From positions 1-64,000 of the forward strand of contig JAEOUA010000007.1 of the NCBI GenBank assembly GCA_016839555.1: a stretch of DNA of 64,000 nucleotides, in the 5' to 3' direction. The stretch comes from Promethearchaeota archaeon (GTDB lineage Archaea > Asgardarchaeota > Lokiarchaeia > Sigyniarchaeales > SOKP01). Shown piece after piece: positions 62,893-64,000 of this stretch (positions are counted from its first letter, which is position 1; each line of letters begins with the position of its first letter). The notes beneath the pieces are model-generated. The model had not been told where the DNA came from and ran no database searches. It was given only the letters and a program-made list of their open reading frames with translations. The position numbers were made by a program, and so were the translations under genes.

Positions 62893-63963
62893 TTATTTAA
62901 AAAGCTTTTGAAGGTTTTCGTTTAAAGCCCCTTCCAGAGTTTTCATAGCATCGATCATTTCATATTGAATTTTATCCCATGATTGTTCGTTTTTTAACCC
63001 CTTTCCGGCAATTTTATATTCAATACATTGATAATCCCTATTTTTTTCGATATTCCAGGTTAAATCTTTTGATAAACTCCAGCCGATTTCGTTAAATCTC
63101 TTTTCTATTTCTTTTTTATACAATTTTAATGTTTCAATTCTCTGAGTATTGAGTGATGCATTTTTATCAATGAAATATAAAGCAACACCACTCCAAGTTT
63201 CATTTATTAAGTATCTATATTCAATATTATCAAAATTCGTAGGATAAGCGAGCCACGGATATTTTGTGATTTTTATATCGCTTTGTTCGGGATAAGTGTC
63301 ATATATCTTATTTACCAACTCAATCCAAAAATCGATTCTAATTTTCTGGGCATTAGTTAATGTTTTATCAACTTTTTTCATTCTTTTAGCTAGGGAAGTT
63401 TCAGGAGGCTTTACAGAAATTTTAAATCTTGGAAAGGGAGGATATTCCTTATATTTTAATACTTCCAGTTCAATCAAATAAAATAAAACATTATAATTAA
63501 TATTTTTATTAAGCCATCGAATGGTTTTTTGATATTCCTGTAATGCTTCTTCACAAACCCATATTATAGTGGTAAATTCGCTCTTTATTAATTTAGAAAT
63601 GAGAATGCCTAAATGATAATAATCTGTTTGATTAAATTGAGGTAATATTAGAGCTTTTTCTCCGATTTCATCAATTAGAATTAAATCTTTTGAATACCGT
63701 TTCTTTTCTGATTTTTTAAGTTCTAAGTGTACATCTAATATTTCATTTAATGATTCCAGATTTTTTTTTATCCAAGGAGATAAATCCCTTTCGATGTTTT
63801 CCCACACTTTATTAATAGGTAATTTTATATAATCCTTTTCTTCCAAGATAATTTCTGGTATTTGGCTTTTACTGCCGATTTTTAGCGAATCTGATGTTTT
63901 AGAAATGATTTTATACACTTCTTCCGCTTTCATAAACCTCTGGATTAATTGTAAAGCTAACAT
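62893..63963 (-). CDS. DUF4268-like domain protein
   Basis: N-terminal degenerate nuclease-like region (DYYHLG, WLNKN) plus a FW-starting C-terminal domain. Confidence 0.6.
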   Translation of the reverse strand: MLALQLIQRFMKAEEVYKIISKTSDSLKIGSKSQIPEIILEEKDYIKLPINKVWENIERDLSPWIKKNLESLNEILDVHLELKKSEKKRYSKDLILIDEIGEKALILPQFNQTDYYHLGILISKLIKSEFTTIIWVCEEALQEYQKTIRWLNKNINYNVLFYLIELEVLKYKEYPPFPRFKISVKPPETSLAKRMKKVDKTLTNAQKIRIDFWIELVNKIYDTYPEQSDIKITKYPWLAYPTNFDNIEYRYLINETWSGVALYFIDKNASLNTQRIETLKLYKKEIEKRFNEIGWSLSKDLTWNIEKNRDYQCIEYKIAGKGLKNEQSWDKIQYEMIDAMKTLEGALNENLQKLFK

Positions 63964-64000
63964 TTTAAAAGCTTCATTAATATTCTCACCGGTTTTTGCG

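Noticed and set aside
4007-63481. Short ORFs overlapping confident genes (e.g. 4007, 6478, 7518, 12063, 29218, 30905, 32708, 43717, 54335, 63296)
   Set aside because: Antisense or alternate-frame shadows of well-supported genes, with no motifs.

Overview
Very AT-rich archaeal DNA. The gene set (TrmB, Lrp, KptA, diphthine-ligase family, SerRS, gatA/gatB, many small Zn-finger proteins) suggests an Asgard/Lokiarchaeia-like genome; this is inference, not a database result. Positions 1-27 kb form a defence island. It holds the trailer end of a CRISPR array (37-bp repeat ATAGCAAAGAATGTAGCTTCAACAAGAAGATTGAAAT; 19 repeats plus 1 degenerate), a type III-D (III-Dv-like) effector operon on the minus strand, IS remnants and three CARF proteins. 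It then continues with about 11 kb in which six mini-arrays or solitary copies of the same repeat punctuate a run of toxin-antitoxin modules (MNT-HEPN x3, AbrB-VapC, DUF6516-like, UPF0332-HEPN). No cas1, cas2 or cas6 lies in the window. Positions 27-64 kb are mostly metabolic and housekeeping genes with further TA cassettes. Top observations: (1) CRISPR repeats that keep the Cas6 hairpin and 8-nt handle sit upstream of TA cassettes, and a ~560-bp duplication ends exactly at the repeat 3' end; (2) a 30-nt stop-containing hairpin insertion in a CoA-transferase gene has bulge-helix-bulge-like geometry, and its canonical excision restores the KVEPP motif, making it a candidate archaeal mRNA intron; (3) an unannotated cold-shock domain lies in frame behind the amber stop of the last Cas7 gene; (4) two spacer pairs were taken from homologous positions of related invader genes.
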